From Tubulanus polymorphus (lineage: Eukaryota; Animalia; Nemertea), in NCBI RefSeq assembly GCF_964204645.1, contig NC_134035.1, forward strand, positions 12,990,451 to 13,054,450: a DNA stretch of 64,000 nt, written 5' to 3'. Positions 12,401 to 25,700 of the stretch are shown piece by piece. Position 1 is the stretch's first letter. Every line of letters starts with the position of its first letter. The position numbers were made by a program, and so were the translations under genes. Below the pieces are notes generated by a model that was not told the origin of the DNA, made no database searches, and saw nothing but the letters and a program-made list of their open reading frames with translations.

Positions 12401-13355
12401 AACGTCCATGTTGCATTAACTCGAAAACCATTTTTTCATCTCAAAGATTCATCGGTTCGAAATTGACTTCAAAAAGGTGTCCATTTTAAGAAAAGACCCA
12501 AGTAGACTCCTCTTGTTGAAAATGGCACAAATAAAATTCAGGGAGTTTGTTTAAGATATTCAGTGGATAAACACCATAGACAAACAATGCCATTTCAATT
12601 CTACTAAGGCTAAACAAAAATGATACCTTGTTTCTCCGCAGCGGCCGGGTCATTTTTCTAAATTATGATAAAATTTATAAACAGTTCATTTCTACAGCGG
12701 CCGGGTCTGTTATGGTAAAATTGATCACGATTTTAAAAAAAAGTAATGTATAGGGTAGATAGGCGGCCGGCCGGGTCAACATTTAAGCTCAGCAGAGCGG
12801 AGAAACAAGGTATCAATTTTTTTAGCCTAATCTTCCCTCTATTTGTAATTCTGTATTCTATCTAATTGATGTTTGATAAATATCATTATCATTATCATTA
12901 ATTGTCACTTCATCAACTATCCACTGGTTAACTCTCAAACTACTTTTTAGCAACTGATTTAGCAGCTGTTTTTTTTTTTTTAATAAAAAGCTAGGAAATT
13001 CACTTTTCCCCCATTTTTCTTGTCCGGTGCAAAATTACAATTTTGGGTGGGTTTAGATGAGCTCTTAAAAATCCTGGCTACAGATTGCCGGTCAAAATTT
13101 ATAAAAAGTTTTGACAACTGACTTACTTTATCATCAGGCAGGAAGAAATCACTCAATGCATCTGGATCACCACTGAAAAAATTACGAATAAATTCACATT
13201 ATTTTTCCCCGGGGCTAAGTTTCACGATAGGTAATACAAAATTGCTTGTTGACTTCAAAACTACGGAACTCGGTCCAAGGATTTGGTTTTTGATTTTAAG
13301 AAATAGTTTACTAGACCTACCTGATTACATCAATTAAACATCTTCCATCCTCCAT
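4711..13355 (-). CDS. BICRA: BICRA/GLTSCR1-family subunit of ncBAF (GBAF), about 1282 aa. Exons: 13355-13321, 13172-13127, 12386-12115, 11411-11222, 10793-9792, 9703-9275, 8848-8588, 8392-8256, 7778-7630, 7368-7274, 6656-6554, 5840-4711
   Basis: Spliced N-terminus MEDGRCLIDVISGDPDALSDFF resembles vertebrate BICRA MDDEDGRCLLDVICDPQALNDFL. GLTSCR1 domain DQSKVVHPDCKNPFRNVKDAMGRLLSYHVY...KYQHLLMVDSVRPAPTSELTMMEKMFI. C-terminal LNEQMQSAIDSI motif. All introns GT-AG with consistent phases. Confidence 0.92.
5945..6466. repeat. About 107-bp tandem/dispersed repeat family; further copies at about 13480-13775 and 42450-42660 in the opposite orientation
   Basis: Recurring gtggacgatcagtttttgaaagt...gataaatgtctaatatctggtgtttgtagttcattttcaatt...gtgaagcactgaacacatgtgaa. 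Confidence 0.85.
6809..7124. mobile_element. MITE with TIR CATGGTTCCCAC; second copy at 11604-11914
   Basis: catggttcccacag ... cgtgggaaccatg termini; internal sequence shared with the 11604 copy. Confidence 0.75.
7898..8024. mobile_element. Short foldback MITE with CAG flanks (Harbinger/Tourist-like); relatives near 23125, 25122, 28683, 48230
   Basis: cag|gggtaagttgctcaaaagttggttaaagataacc ... ggttaactctaaccaacctttgagcaactgaccc|cag. Confidence 0.7.
9112..9270. repeat. 27-bp intronic minisatellite, about 6 copies, abutting a BICRA donor
   Basis: gcagaattggaactgaggtaactcgat repeated. Confidence 0.95.
9383..9463 (-). repeat. Pure (CAG)27 coding microsatellite (polyQ in BICRA)
   Basis: 81 nt of uninterrupted ctg on the + strand inside exon 9703-9275. 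Confidence 0.97.
11604..11914. mobile_element. MITE with 14-bp TIR and TA flanks
   Basis: ta|catggttcccacag ... ctgtgggaaccatg|ta. Confidence 0.8.
12607..12829. mobile_element. MITE with long TIR and TAA flanks (Tourist/PIF-like); decayed relative at about 18925-19090
   Basis: ggctaaacaaaaatgataccttgtttctccgc ... gcggagaaacaaggtatcaattttttagcc. Confidence 0.75.
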
Positions 13356-14949
13356 TGCACATCATGAATAACCATTCACATTTTGTCTGGAAAATTCAAA
13401 TCACACCAAAATTTTAAGATTCTTCACTCAATATTTCATTCTTTACTCAGACTACAAGTGCCGCACATAAATTTTAACAGCACACTTTCAATAACTGATC
13501 ATCCACACTTCACATGTGTTCAGAACTTCACCAGAGACCTTTTCAATTGAAAATGAACTACAAACACCAGATATCAGACATTTTATCAGGACACTTTCAA
13601 AAACTGATCGGCCACACTTCACATGTGTTCAGAACTTCACCTGAGACCTTTTCAATTGAAAATGAACTACAAACACCAGATATCAGACATTTTATCAGCA
13701 AACTTTTCAAAAACTGATCGTCCACACTTCAAAACCTGAGAATATTTTGAATTGAAAGTGAACTAAGGACATTTAATCGGCACTGAACCAGAATTTATAT
13801 GAAAATGATGAATTTCCGAAAAAAAGGGTAAGGTTTGGATCCAGTTAAGGGGGGGGGGATTCCAGATCATACATCTATACACAATATCAAATCAGTAATA
13901 GTAAGTGATACAGATATGAAATTACATCCATTTTTAAACAGACTGCACTCTAAGTGAGCTAGTAATCTATTTCACCCGGAGATTTGTGACACACACACAC
14001 ACACTGAAAGTGAAGCTATTCACTGGTATTTACCCTACAGTATAGACCAGTATGACATACTTATTATGCAGTTATAAGCTATTTATAAACAGACAATAGT
14101 TCACACACTCACACTCACACACAGAGCCAGCCTGTAATCACTTTCTATTGATTCTTTTCTAGACAGCTGCTACGAAGCTGCCAACCACTAACCTATTATA
14201 ATCTGTCTATAAATAAGACAGCAATTAGATATATATATATACAAATAGATTTCAATATTATTGTTTGACAGCAGTAGTAGTTGTAGTTTTCATCTGAATG
14301 GATGACAGCTAAAGCGGAGCTCCCGCGTTCGACTTAGAGCCAAACAAAATGGCCACCCCCGTACATAAACTGCACAGAAACACAACGCCTATTCACCCAG
14401 AAATCTGAATCAACTCAGATTCATATTGAATCATTCAGATTCATATATAACGAAATGAGGTTAAGCGTACTTTAAATCTGAGTGTTTCGTATCCATATCT
14501 TCGAACAAAGCTCACAGAGCAGTGTTTCACAGTCATCCGCCAGTGGACTGGAGAAAGAAAGGTCTCAACAAGAAAATACACTAACTACAACAATTTGCTT
14601 TATTTTCTTATCATGACTGAAATAACGCCCCACTTGCCAGGGCAATCAGAAGGGATAATTCTAAACGCTTCGTTTTGACTGTTGCAATTTTATCTAACCG
14701 TTCAAATATCAAATGCATCAGGGTGTTGTTACAGGATCCAGGCCAGAGAGAGAGGACGGGTCGCGAATTGGACGCGATTAATTCAACTGCGTAATACATT
14801 TAAACTGAACGGCGTCGAACAAAGTGAGTGACGGGAGAAGAGGCACAGGAACGCCAGCTTTCAGACGCTGTACGCCACGTCCTGATCGGTGCGGTAATTC
14901 CCGCAAAATCGCGCCGTTTAATACTGACACCGAGAGAGCTGCACGACAG

Positions 14950-15780
14950 CTGAACCCTGCTCTACTAAAATTTATCAGCAAAATAATATTCACATACAGA
15001 AACACTCACCGTCATGAAACCTGCGCCAATACAGGACAGCGGGGTTTACAAACACATATTCACAACTACTCATTAACCTATTCACCCCTATTGACGTCAT
15101 TGTCAGTCAAATCGGCTAAATTTCATTAATTCATCGATTCTGAGGGTCATTTTAGTAACAGTCGAGTTGATTTCGATGTTACAGTATTGTACATGATGGG
15201 TATTAAGTGTTACAAGTCGATGAATAGGGTTTAAAATGAAGGTTTATGATGTATAATAAGCCGCATACATAATGATGTACGCACTGACGCGCGGTTCTGA
15301 TTGGCTGATAGACGCGCGTGTACAGCGCCCATAGAAATACACCGAATATCAGCTTCTATTCCTAAACTGCTGCACTGACTTGAAATATCTAGAAGCGAAT
15401 TTATATCTAAGCGAATTAGACAAGACCAAGATCCGTGAAAGCTAAACATTTGTAAATAAAACGACGACCGACGTTCCGGCCTTATTGATGAAGGACTAAT
15501 TTCGGGTCCTGCCCTGAATTACGTTTAATTTCGATTATTTTAATGATGAAATTAATAGCGATATTTTCGTATTCTTTAATTCGAAGAATCATGAATTTTG
15601 GGTTGTATAACATATTTTCTAATGTTTTCGCGGTTTCAGAATGATGAGTTTTACTGTTAGCAGTGTGGGCTGAGACAAGCCTGATTACGCGCACCTGCTA
15701 CTGCTCGATGCGACGCTCAGTCTCAGCTCGCCGCGGGAGCTGAAACTCGCCGCGCCTACTACTAAACTAACTATAGAAAC
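14950..15780. promoter_or_regulatory. Divergent promoter region between BICRA (-) and NUP50 (+)
   Basis: CpG-rich patches, TGACGTCA near 15092, ATTGG near 15300, minus-strand donor (ctcac) near 15009, plus-strand UTR acceptor near 16038; TSSs are not observable. Confidence 0.5.
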
Positions 15781-16093
15781 TTTCATTGCGTGAGACCTGC
15801 GCTTTCAATAACGCGATGTAAGTCGAATTCCAACGTAAATTCAAATTACCAGCAGCGAATATCAGAATAAATCTTTTAATATTTAAATGTTTTATATTTA
15901 ACGCAGTTTTTGAATTCGATTTAACGAAGAATAAACTCATTTTAACCACTTTTAAAGTGACGGTAGTCTGGGTGTAATCCGTTCATTTTCACAATCATGT
16001 CAATCTAACTTTAGTCTTTAATTATTTTTTTGTTTCAGCTGGTGATAGAATCGAGGATTTATTCTAATAAGATCAATAATTACAACAGCAATT

Positions 16094-19000
16094 ATGTCGA
16101 AGCGAAGACCTGGTACTCAACTTACCCAGGATAATTGGGACCAAGAGGACGAAACTGAAAGGGACGAGGTAAAAAACCTCTTCAAATTTTAACATCCTTG
16201 AAAAATTCATTTTTCATACAATAAATGGTTATATTGGTCAACTAAGCACTAAAGGAGCCCTGGATAACAATGATTTTTTCCAAAATTTTCGAATTATTTT
16301 TAGTTTAACAAGTTAAATTAACCCAAAGTAGGGTAAGGAGTCTCTCATTCTTTGTACTACACAATACCTAGTCAGTAACCTGACTGTGGTTTAGTTTCAC
16401 GATCGGATATTTTCACAAACCACAGTCAGGAATGGGAAGGTCATTTTTGTATGAAATCTTCGTCAGCCAATTTGACTGACGAGTAATTTGCCTGGCATTT
16501 CATTGTCTCTTAAGATATCTGTCTCATTTTTGTTGTAATCGACGCACAACAGATTCGTAGTTTGTCTGATACCTATAACACCTCACCTGACGATCTTAAT
16601 CCATGTGCAAATCGGCCGTAAAGTGAGAGTAAATTTCCGTCCAGTCAACAGCTGCCATTTTGAAAATTACTGGAGGTGCTGGCACCTGTGGACTAAGGCC
16701 AGGACAACAGCACAAACTAACAAAGCGAAACAACGAAATTTAAAAAAATTAAAAAATCAACACTTATTCACATTTTTCTTTTACCAGAAATTTATTATTT
16801 TATTATTTATTATGGAAAACACGAAGACTTGAAATAAAAGTTGGAAAACCATCAAAAATAAAAATTGTCGTTTCGTCTTGGAAGTTTTATATAAATCCTT
16901 GTAGGTCCCCTTGTCTTATCATGCCACATGTGCAATACAGAGAAATGGCGGCCAATGGCGAAATTTGTGGAGAAATTAATTAATTTCTCAAAATAATGTT
17001 GATTAATCACTCGAAACATACATAAAATTGGATTATTTCGAAAGGTACCTGTGTTAGTTTGTGAATTAAGCCATTAATTGTGGACTGAAGTGAATAGAAA
17101 GTATATTTTTGAAGTGTTACTTTTTTCAACCGTGTTTTGGTCCTTGTCATCCCTAACGTTGGTATAAGCCCATCCGATTATAAAAAGCTTACCACCAACG
17201 ATTAGGTAACTAACTACACAATACCTACCTTGTCCTAGGGAAACATCTCAATGACGATAACTATACCATGATCCTGCATAATTGATGATATCGCACTCCT
17301 CTCCAGAAAATGAAATGGTTTACGTTTTAGAATTTACAAAATCTTGGTATTTGAAATAGAATGATAGAATGATTTTATTTCAGGGTGGAGTTTTTCAAAC
17401 TGCGTCGGATGAAGTTTTGAAAAAACGTGAAATCAAAGTAGCAAAACGCCGCACAACGACAAACACTAGCGAGGTAGCGAATACTTTTAATTCAGACCTT
17501 AATGAATATTTGCTCTTTGTACCCTGCAACCCTTCAACGTTTTGATTAGATGGATAGTTGATTAGATCATCTAAAATATCCCAATTCACCCCCTCCCCCA
17601 AACTATTCAAAATCTATTGATGTCCCTGAAACAATTTTCCATTCTGTCTCTCTAAAGATTGTGCCAATATTGCATTTTTCTTTACCTGGTGTCCTTGAAA
17701 ATTTTATATTTTTTTCCCTGATCTGGTAATTGATCGGTTGTCAGGTCCGTGATTAGTAATCAATTTATAATGATTTACAGGGAGGCGAAAAGAAAGCATT
17801 TAAAGGTTTTTCCGGATTTGGTCTGAAGCCGAGCGGAGGAGGAGGAGGTCTGGGAATGTTCGCCGGCTTCGGGAGCGATAATAAATTTCCATCATTTTCA
17901 TCATCGAACGGCGTCGAAACATCATCATCGTCATCCTTCTCTAAACCGGCGTCGGAGACGAAATTCACGAACTTCGCTACCTCGAAATCGCCTCCTCGAG
18001 CGGTCGCCGCGGAGGACAGCGACAAGAAATCGGAAAAAGCGAAATATTTGCAAAAGTTACGCGCGTTGAACGAGTGCGTGAGTACGTGGATTAAACAACA
18101 CGTCGATAAGAACCCGTACTGTATACTGACGCCTATATTCAAAGACTACGAAAAACATTTAGCGCAAGTCGAATTATCGAATCCCGAACACGGAAATAAA
18201 AACGGAGAAACAGCTTCGAACGCTATGCCAGGTACGTCATCGCTTCAGTTCACGGTTACTTCAAATTAGATTTCTCCGAGACCCTGAAATTCAGAAAATC
18301 TAAATTCAAACGGGTGAAATACCCTAAAATTTTGAATTACCCCGCAAACCCTCATAATCCCCCTTAGATTCTGAAAATTTTCTCTGTAAAAAGTTTTTCT
18401 GCTAAATTTCTGTATGCAATTCCGTGCTTTTGCACATAGTCAATTTACCAGACACAGTAACCACACTCAAACGTGGTGAACGGATAATAAGATAAAAACC
18501 AACTATCTACAAATTAAAAGAATTTAAAAACAAGAATTTATTTATTCAATCTTAAATATATAGAATACACGACGTTATGATCTCAACCTAGAGATCATCG
18601 TCAGAACCAGACACGTCCTTACAACTTACAATTAACTAGACATAATAGTGTCATAGGTACCACTGCCACTGGAAACATGTATATAAAAGGATGTGTCTCT
18701 ATGTTAGTTTTGAATCAGTGTGTCTCGTTTTTTATAGATCCATCTGAAAATTAATTAGTGAGATGTTATCATTTCAGGAGAGGCTTCAAAATCCGGGTTT
18801 CAGTTTACCGTAACATCAAATATGACATCGAGACCGTCTTTATCCAGTAACGGCGCTTCGAATGCCAACAACTCAGAAACTAAATCAGGTATTTAGGAAA
18901 TTATCTCCCGTTTCTGGTGAAATTCGGCTAAAAAGATGAAACCTTGTTTCTCCAAATCGGCTGGGTCACTTTTATAAATTGCCGTGTCTGTTGTTGATAC

Positions 19001-20922
19001 TGTTAGCTTAATCGTGATTAAGAAAATATATGGGGTAAATTGTCAACTTTTAAGGTCAGCAGGAACGACACGGTATCGATTATTTTGCCTTTGATGAGAT
19101 TTGTTTTAAATTCGCTGATATTTATATTTCTCGTTCGCAGATCTGAAAGAGAAAGACGTTTCGAGACCGTTTTCGTTCTCTTCGTCGTCAACTGCTGATT
19201 TATCCGGGAGTAAATTCAGTTTCACCGGTGCCTCGAGTTCTACCGATACGGACAAACCTAAATTCAGCTTCACATCTTCTAAGGCGAATAACGACGACTC
19301 GACAGCAGCAGCCGTTAAACCGTTCAGTTTCGGTCCGAGCAGTTCATCGTCCGACGGCAACCATAAACCTAAATTCAGTTTCACCGCGACTAGCTCCGCG
19401 TCGGATTCGCAGAATAACGACAAACCGAAGTTCGGTTTCGCCGCCTCCAGTTCGTCTGATAGCGATAAACCGAAGTTCGGTTTCGGTTCATCAGTTACTA
19501 CGACGACGGCGACCGATTCGACTGCCGTGAAACCGTTTTCATTTGCGGTGAATTCTGTCTCTTCTACAGCAGAATCTACAGCTGCCAATACAACAGGTTC
19601 GTTCACATTAATCTGTGTTATACCCGATATCCCGATTTATGTTGACATTGATATTTTAGTTTAGGGAAGCCACGGATTTGGGAAAACCTGATTCATTAAG
19701 AAATTGAATAAAATGTAACATTCTAAACCAAGAAATTCCTCGGATTTACCGAGGGATTTTTGTATGATCATAGCATGAGAAAAATCTGGGAAAACCGAGA
19801 ATTTGTAAATGGGGTAAAGTGGCGCCATCGTGTGGTGATTATTGACGACGTGTTGTATTTCTATTTACAGAAGAGGAGTACGTTCCTCCCGAACCGGAAA
19901 CTGTTGAAATTAAAGAAGACGGTGCTGTTTATACTAAAAGGTAAATTCCTTCCTTCCTATACTGGTCACAGTCGGGGAAATTTGTCGTAACATCAAACAA
20001 TTTCTGTTCATGTCTTACGTATTCGATTGTGCTAAATGATCGGATTCTTTGCAGATCAAGTCGGGGAAAACAATTGAATTGTCGAGGAAAATTCAGGGGG
20101 GAAAGTATGTCACAAAGTGTCAATCCTAGTAATATAATATCTTGGATATATTATTATAATTTAGATGTAAGTTGTACTATAAAAGTGAAGAAGCCTGGAA
20201 AGAGAAAGGTGTTGGAAATGTATTCTTGAAGGTTTTAGAAGACGGTAGAACTCAATTTCTCATTAGAGCTGAAACAACATTAGGTAAGTTGAGATTTCCA
20301 CGTACGAACGGTTACTGACCCTACGACTCCTTGATTCCTCAAAAACTGCTTCTAAAAAGATGATGATTTTATAGGTGCATAAACTCCATTTTGGGAAATT
20401 TGAATTTTTGGCTATTTGGTAGTTATACAGTAGAATAGCCATATCGGATTTTGTTTTACCTCATTAGGCAGTTAAAATTAGAAACCGCCAAATAAATGGT
20501 TTACCCAGATAAAGATTACCGATTTAGGAGTCTACAGTGATTGGGATATGAAAGTGTTGCAGACGCATCCAATTCTAAATTTCCTCCTTTAAAACCGCCT
20601 TGAACAATCCAGGAATGACTGACCTGGGACCCTGTGCGTTATCATCACAGTGGGGATAGATCGTAACCGACTTCTAACAGTTCGTTGAATCGAAATATTC
20701 ATTATTATCCGTTTGTTTCTAGGTAACGTGCTATTGAATATAATGTTGTCGAAGTCGATACCGTTTAATCGTCAGGGAAAGAACAGCGTAACGTTTATGT
20801 GTATCCCGTCACCGGCTATAGATCCGAAACAAGCCGATAAACCGTACATGATGTTACTACGCGTAAAAACAGCCGAAGAAGCTGACGAACTTATAGACAA
20901 AATCAACGAACATAAAAAATGA
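16094..20922 (+). CDS. NUP50: Nucleoporin Nup50. Exons: 16094-16168, 17384-17473, 17781-18231, 18778-18888, 19141-19596, 19871-19940, 20165-20283, 20723-20922
   Basis: MSKRRPGTQLTQDNWDQEDE...GVFQTASDEVLKKREIKVAKRR; LRALNECVSTWIKQHVDKNPYCILTPIFKDYEKHL; KPKFSF/KPKFGF repeats; Ran-binding domain RCKLYY..WKEKGVG..LIRAETTLGNVLLN..LLRVKT. Confidence 0.95.
16369..17216. mobile_element. Non-autonomous DNA transposon, TAGT...ACTA termini, 9-bp TSD cacaatacc
   Basis: cacaatacc|tagtcagtaacctga ... ttaggtaactaacta|cacaatacc in NUP50 intron 1. Confidence 0.85.
18455..18615 (-). mobile_element. Penelope-like terminal fragment with degenerate hammerhead motif
   Basis: Reverse complement of the 45440-45590 sequence; reads ctgacgatgatctctaggttgagatcATAAcgtc (GAAA mutated). 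Confidence 0.6.
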
Positions 20923-21789
20923 TGATTGTGATATTTGTAATTAGTAACTCCTGTCGTTAATTGATAAATTAACACTTTGTTGTGTTTGTATAGGATTGAT
21001 TAACACTTGGTGGATATTATTACGTTTCCTGTATACGTCAAACTCTTAAGTCGTCGTTGATGCGCGATCATTTAGTATTGATCACAAACACGCGATAGAT
21101 AATTGAATTGTAAATACGAATCGGGACTCAGAAATCTAGACGACTTATTTGTAGAGAGTTTGATCGCTCGATACTATCAAATAAAGAGATTGTTAGTATG
21201 AAAATAGTGAAACCGCAGAGCTGCCAACCTAATTCAGTATTTTGTACCGAAAAATACTGATTTGATTTGTTCAATGCGTACTGAAATATGAAAGATGTAA
21301 CTGAGGGTCTTACTGTTGATAACTGATTAATATGAACATTTCTTTCATATTTCAATGAAATGTTCCTGAAAAAAAAATACAACAACTTGTTATTTATAGG
21401 TAACTGCACTTTTCAGAGGTTGGCAGCCGTGTAAACTTGAACTGCGGGAAGATTTCAGTCTTGTTACATCCATATTTTTTCATTGTTAACTCATTACAAA
21501 GGTTCACCGAACCGGGAATGCAATATCCATATTCATATGTATTACCCGCTGGTATATTTAAGAATGATCATGTATGAAAACTCTTGTTGGAGTTTAATGT
21601 GTAAATGAAAAATGTGATGGATATAAAAAACATTTATAAAATAAATTGTATAAGATGTCGATGTTGATGATGAAATAAAATTGCCTTTCATACGAGATAT
21701 TTGTTATGGGTTTTTAAATCGATGTAGATCCTCTCCAGATGGTTAATCAGCACGATAGCTCAGAACAATTGGAATCTTGGGTTCGGGTA

Positions 21790-22016
21790 AAACATGTGGA
21801 AAATTTGCATACCCCATTACCAGGTGACCAGCTCAGACCAATTAGAGGCTAGGGTTAGGGTTAAACATGTGGAAAATTTGCATACCCCATTACCAGGTGA
21901 CCAGCTCTGACCAATTAGAGGCTAGGGTTAGGGTTAAACATGTGGAAAATTTGCATACCCCATTACCAGGTGACCAGCTCATTACCAGGTGACCAACTCT
22001 GACCAATTAGAGGCTA
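21790..22016. repeat. 73-bp tandem repeat (about 3 copies) ending in TTAGGG-like units
   Basis: aacatgtggaaaatttgcataccccattaccaggtgaccagctc.gaccaattagaggctagggttagggtta. Confidence 0.9.
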
Positions 22017-22738
22017 GAATTAATTATAGTTTGCCATGTGGCCTGTTTATTTATATTGGAAAACTTTTGTGAGGTTCAAATATGAGGATCACTGATTAAT
22101 TAGAGGAAACAGCAGCCACCACTGAGGATATCTTGAAATTCAATTTTCTGTCAAGGGTCGGGGAAATCTGGATTTTCTGATCTGTAAGAAACATCCTTGT
22201 TCTAAGAGAAATGACTAAAATCAACTACAAAAACAGCTCCTACAGAAGATATCTTGTAATTTAATCAGGGAATTATTGGTCAAGGGTCAGAGAAATTTTC
22301 AGGGAAGTTTAGATTCCTGATATGTAAGAACTGTGTTCTAAGTGAAAGTGACAAAAACAACTCGAGTTCATAATATAAATAACTATAAATGTATTCAACA
22401 GTCAATATTTACAACCTATCAGAGTTCAATAAACATAACATTTACACATTGTATCCCATCATAGAACTGGATAATACAATTGAGAAATTGAAGTGAAGTT
22501 CAACTGTACTTAACAAACATTGTCCACAACAACTAGAAATCGACAACACAACAACTTGAATCTAGAAAACTGAATCTCTGTAAACAACATGTAAAACAGA
22601 TTTAGTATCCAGTTCCGCTAGAGATTCATTCAAAATGTTTTACCCTTGAGTCAATTATGAACTGGAACTGTCGGATCAAAGGTGGAAGAGGATGGACGGA
22701 TAAGGATACGTGTATCAGTGAATGAATGTATCAGACCA

Positions 22739-25700
22739 TCAAGTGTTAGAGTCAGTATCGGATGTATCGGTATCAGAAGATGAAGTATCCGTACTGGATA
22801 CCGCTGTCGTCTGTTTGTTCACGGTTCGTTGATTTCGAACGATTCGTTTTTTGATTTTCGTTTTACGTCGCTCCGTTTTATCGACGCTATGCGTGCTGGA
22901 TGCGGTCGTTACGGCGACGGTTTGATTGTTGACGGCTCCGGCGGCTGCGGTATCCGATGAGGAATTACGCGCTGTCGAAGGACGGCTTTGAGTCATCGGC
23001 AATCTGAAATATAGAATAGAAAATATATCTACATTTATCAAAATTTAGACCTGATTAATAGAGTAGACCCTTCCTTACTCTAATTCAGTCAATTTTACAC
23101 AGATTCATTTCTTTTTGGTCTTCAGGGGCTGCTCAAAAATTGGTTTAAATAAACTGGAGGATAAAAGCTATAGCGCAAATTGAAATTGTATAGTTTTGTC
23201 ATCATTAAAGTGTATTCATCAACCAGTAAAAACTCTAACCAACTTTTGAGCTTAGTCCCTGAATCCTTACTCCACTTGAGACCAATTTAACGAATAACTC
23301 TTGAGTCCTTATTCCTGTTGATGTTTTTTACATATCAATGCTCCAAATTGAAAATCAGGAACCAGATATTTTGAAATCGTCACTTTTCAGAAGTAGACTA
23401 TATGATAAACCAACGGAATTGAAAGGAAGACTATTACAGAATGACTGCTTTTAAATGTATACTACTGGAAAATTAGCCGATATCGTTAATTACTCGTTGT
23501 TCTGAAGTTGCTACTGAAGTAGATGCTCGAGCTCATTAATGGGATAGACGACGTGTTCTTCCAATCAGCCATGTTCTCAAAATTTCTATAGTAGTAATAA
23601 TAGTAGTTCTGACTGCGCTGATTGCCTCCTCCTTGGATAAACGCGTTTCCTGCACAACAACATATTTTGAATTGCATTCTCTCGATTCCACGCCGGAGAA
23701 TTTGAGCAAGTGGAGTTTACTGTATATGATCGTGATTTAAAAACACAAAAGTTCATGCAGTGATCTAAAGATAAATACTGATACCGTACTGCGCAGAGGT
23801 TTCAGCCACAATTAGCTTTAAATACGAAAGCGAAGCAGGATTTTTCTTACAGTTAAAGTAGCATTCATTCACTTGGAGGAAAGGGAATTCTAACCATGCA
23901 TAACAAACACTAATCATTGATATACATAGAGGGTTTTAAAGCATCAAACTGAAGCAAGACCGGTAGAGACTGATATTAATCTCAGTATTCACAGTTCAAT
24001 GAGCAAAACCCACAATTCATAATATAGGCCTTACAATTTCGAAGTTCTACCTTAGTTAAATCTATATTTTTTAAATTCCAGGATCCAGTTCCACAGTTGT
24101 GAGTTAACATTTGACTTAGATTTAACTCATTCTAACTCAGAGCTAACTCTGACAATTTCGAAGTTCTACCTTAGTTAAATCTATATTTCAGGATCCAGTT
24201 CCACAGTTGTGAGTTAACATTTGACTTAGAGTTAACTCATTCTAACTCAGAGCTAACTCTAAACACACAACTGTGGAATTGAAATATTAGTCAAAACTTG
24301 GAAACTGTCAGAAAATAAATCATCAAAGCAGCAACTTTGGGTTTCGCTCATTAAGCAAGTTTAAACCTTCAAAATATACAATATGCATCAGACTTCAGGA
24401 TCCAGTTCTACATTTCTCCTTTCAATCAGAGTTAAAACACTGGAAAAAAATGAACTTGACCAAAATGACCGGATCCTGATGACGAGTCTGGATTAAATAG
24501 ATATTTCTCTCAAAATCAAAGGTTTTTTCTATGATTAAAAACACCTTTGCGGTCTTGAATAAAGATTGTTAAACTAATATGAATGCTACTGTACACTATC
24601 ACCTACTGATCGACTGACTATATTTTATAACAGTAATCGTCATTTTTTGATTTCTTGCGTCTGCGCGGAGTTAGTTTAGATCTGAAAATAATAACGTTCA
24701 CTGCAAACCTACACAAAACGACTTTGATTCACCTACCGCTTTTTTAGGATGGAAATACAAAACACTAATAGGATGACTCCACAATAACTACATACACCGT
24801 ATTAACCCCAATCTAATCCGAAAAACCTTTGAGAAATCGATAAGAATTTATTTTGCAGAAAATATACATAAAAATTTTACGAAAACTCTCCGAAGTTTTT
24901 AGATTTTTTCTAAAGCACGGTAGACATCACAACAAACCCTCATAATTTAAAACGTTTAGGGACCATTTCATACAGCAAAATCATTGAATATCAACAGAAT
25001 GATGTGTATGGATTTGATAAATGGCCCCCTTGGATTTCGTTAAGATTGTTTCCCCAAACATCACAACAACTTGAATGAAACAAACTGTTACATTTAACCA
25101 GACAAACAGGGCATCAATACTAGGGATCAGTTGCTCAAAATTTGGTAAAAGATAATCAGAACAGTGGATAAATACCATTGTAACAATTGAAATTGCATCA
25201 TTACCATGGTATTCGTCCACCAGTCTAACCAACTTTTGAGCAACCGGCCCTTGGGGCATCAATACCAGACGTAGAGTGAAAAGAGTACGGTTACTTACGG
25301 GATATTATCATCTTCCATTCCGGCATAGATATCTTCTTTAGGAGGTAAAACTCCTACGAATAGAAGAAACAAAGTCAATTTAACATCGTTAATTTAACAT
25401 GTTTTGTGAATGACAGTCGACTATGAGGTTTTTCAGTTCAACAGTTGTGAATTTAAACCATCGTAGAATTACTGGTATTATCAACTTCAAGAGTCGAACT
25501 CCGGCAGAAAGTCCGAATATCAAGCAATAAAATACAGCGAAAACGATGATGGCGCTTTGTTGTTTGTTTTGGGGCATTTTTGAGTCAGACTTGATTTGAC
25601 TACAGCGCTAGTGGAACTACTCACCAACTGATTGACTGAGGATTTTATTTTTCGATAAAGCCATCAGAAATCCATAAAATGAAACCCGATGATTCGTGTG

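Noticed and set aside
19106-19606. Minus-strand 166-aa ORF and other antisense ORFs (5522-5941, 9636-10049, 17765-18142, 58889-59392)
   Set aside because: Shadows of real low-complexity exons on the opposite strand
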